Source: Lama guanicoe (taxonomy: Eukaryota). From it: a DNA stretch of 64,000 nt. Shown piece by piece: positions 62,080 through 64,000 of the stretch. How positions within the stretch are numbered: the first letter of the stretch is position 1; every line of letters begins with the position of its first letter. The stretch covers positions 27,589,611 to 27,653,610 of the forward strand of contig MU057350.1 of assembly GCA_013239625.1 (NCBI GenBank), given 5' to 3'. The translations under genes and the position numbers were made by a program. The notes beneath the pieces are model-generated. The model saw only the letters and a list, made by a program, of their open reading frames with translations. It was not told where the DNA came from and made no database searches.

Positions 62080-62530
62080 CCCCTCTGTTACTGTCACCTG
62101 AAATTTCTCACAACTTGTTTGTCTCCCAGACAAGAGAAAGTCATCTTTAATTTCAAGCTGGAGGTCCATCCTTCCTTGAAGCCTTTTCCACCTGTCTTCA
62201 CCAACACACGAGTCAAAGTGAACCACTTCTTTTTCAGAGCTCGCAACACTTCATTCCTGTCTCTGTCAGGGCATGTCATTCACCACACTTTTACTCGGTG
62301 GGCTTATGTCTTTCCTCCAATTACACGGTGTGCTCCTTCAAGGTCAGCCTTATTTATCTCTAATTCTCTCACTTTACCACCTTTGCCTAGTGCCTGGCAA
62401 GTAAGTGCTATTCAATTTTCATTCATTGCATAATGAATATTGAGTGAACAAATGAATGTATGCATTATGAAATACATGAAAGCAGGAATGAAAGAATAAA
62501 TGCATGCATGAACGGACAAATAAATGAAGA
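62080..62530 (+). mobile_element. L2 3' region with (ATGA)-rich tail
   Basis: CCTTCCTTGAAGCCTTTTCC…TGCCTGGCAAGTAAGTGCTATTCAA…GAATGAAAGAATAAATG. Confidence 0.6.
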
Positions 62531-63924
62531 CCTACACCAGCCACCTATGTCAGGGCACTTAATTTGGTCTTCCTGGTTTGCTCAAATTTGTTCTTTGGGA
62601 AAACTGAGAAGTCAGGATTTTGAAGCATTTCACATAGGATTTCAGGCAATTAGTTAGGAAAAGTTAGGGCTCACAGAGGTGCAGGAAGGCCCCACTTATT
62701 TCACTAGATCCACATAGATATAGCCATTGGGTTTCTGGTTAGAAAACTGAAGAGAAAGCCATCTTTTTACAAGTTTTAGGAGAAGAAATGGGGAAAAAAT
62801 GTCACTTACAGGGTAATAATTTTTTCTCAGAACATCACATTGAAAATGAAAAGGCCAAAACCGGGGGAAAATGTCAGACACTGGCAAAAAAATATTATGA
62901 AGGCTGATTATATAAACCTGGTCTTGTTTGAAGGGTAAAGACTGTAATCCATAGATCAAGTTCAAATTTCCTGTTTAAATATTGTTACTTTGACTGTTAA
63001 TCTGAGTTCCATGTTTGATTGCAGGGATCAGGGCTGCAAATATTGATTACCGTGAGATGAAAGCAGAAATTCATTTCTGAAAAGGAAGCCGAGAAGCACA
63101 TTTATATGCACCCAAGTTTATAAAAAATACCTTGGGGATTCTGACTCAAACCAGAGTGTAATTGTTTCCTCTTTCACCCTGCTTCTTCAGCCTCCTTTCA
63201 GCTGACCGAACGCACATCCCATATCTGGGCACATTTACAAAAGCTAAAACAAACAATCCAAGTAGCCAAACTCTATGGCAACAGAACCAAACTTGACACC
63301 ACTAACTCACAACAATAAATCTCCACAGATCTCAGAGCCACCACCAGATCTCCTGCTTTGTTCATTACGAAGCCCCGCTTTTCTCATTGAATCACAGGGA
63401 GTCACTGCTTCATGCCATGCCTCCTAGTAACTGCCAGGCCCAAGCTGTGATGGATGGCGAGGGAAGAAGTTCACAACAGAGCATCCCCAGCTGAGCAAAA
63501 CCTGCTACTCCAGGTCACAGTTTGTTTTTCAGAACAATCAGAAAGATGAGGTTATAGTGGAGAGAGGCAACCTTGCAGAAAGTTAATAAACTAAACACTT
63601 TATGGCATGAGAGAGGCCAACAGAGCTGACCCTAACGTTATCCTTCCTTCAACAAATCCCTGGGCCACTGAGCGCATGGATTCACTGCCTACTTCTACTC
63701 AATCTGGTTGTGTTGCTCATATTTACACATAGACTTCCTCATTTGTGATTGATGCACCGAACTTGAGAGGAGGTGGAGAACTGAGGCAGAAATCTTGAAT
63801 TATTTGTCAATGGATAAATAATTACGTTCTGTGTGAACACAAAACAGAATTCAGGTCAAATTACAGTGATAGTTTCCTTGAAGAGCTCAAGTTAAATTTT
63901 CTTTGTTTTGCCCATATGTTTCAG

Positions 63925-63945
63925 AGACACAAGAGAAGAGTGCAG
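63925..63945 (+). other. Candidate 21-nt microexon (unverified)
   Basis: TTTTCTTTGTTTTGCCCATATGTTTCAG|AGACACAAGAGAAGAGTGCAG|GTAAGC; open in all three frames. Confidence 0.25.
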
Positions 63946-64000
63946 GTAAGCTTAGCATTGGTCACTTCAGTGGGTCCCAGATGCCAGTGAGTAGACATAT

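Noticed and set aside
63014-63080. Terminal coding exon after TTGATTGCAG (IRAANIDYREMKAEIHF*)
   Set aside because: Weak pyrimidine tract, unrecognised peptide and no independent support.
1-64000. Supplied ORFs as host protein-coding genes
   Set aside because: All are 141 aa or shorter, many start at non-ATG codons, overlap repeats, microsatellites or N gaps, and show no recognisable cellular domains. Only L1 and ERV relic peptides were recognisable.
1-64000. CRISPR arrays, operons or prokaryotic defence systems
   Set aside because: The sequence is mammalian (MIR, L1, L2, ERV) and has no regularly spaced repeat-spacer structure.

Overview
Non-coding mammalian DNA, intronic or intergenic, AT-rich and CpG-depleted. 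The host is most likely a camelid (alpaca, vicuna or camel), because two tRNA-Ala(AGC)-derived Vic-1-type SINEs are present and I saw no ruminant, pig or primate SINEs. I could not support any intact protein-coding gene. The supplied ORFs are chance ORFs, or decayed L1 ORF1/ORF2 and ERV gag frames. The window is dense with old repeats: MIR, L2, MaLR/ERVL solo LTRs, MER5/MER103 DNA transposons and L1M fragments. There are two complex regions. (i) An LTR cluster at 11.6-13.5 kb holds two MER41-like ERV1 LTR copies head-to-head, forming a ~280-bp inverted repeat. (ii) A decayed class I (gamma-like) provirus at 46.8-51.9 kb (CA, MHR, NC, PR, RT YVDD and RNase H motifs) is fused to an L1 5'UTR-ORF1 piece and a partial LTR. 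Other points of interest are short CpG-dense patches inside ancient repeats (possible GC-biased gene conversion scars), a probable twin-primed L1, a templated-looking insertion in the gag zinc knuckle, and a 21-nt microexon candidate near the right end. I found no convincing new multi-component biological system. Repeat subfamily names come from my recollection of consensus sequences, and boundaries of old repeats are approximate; RepeatMasker/Dfam is needed to confirm them.
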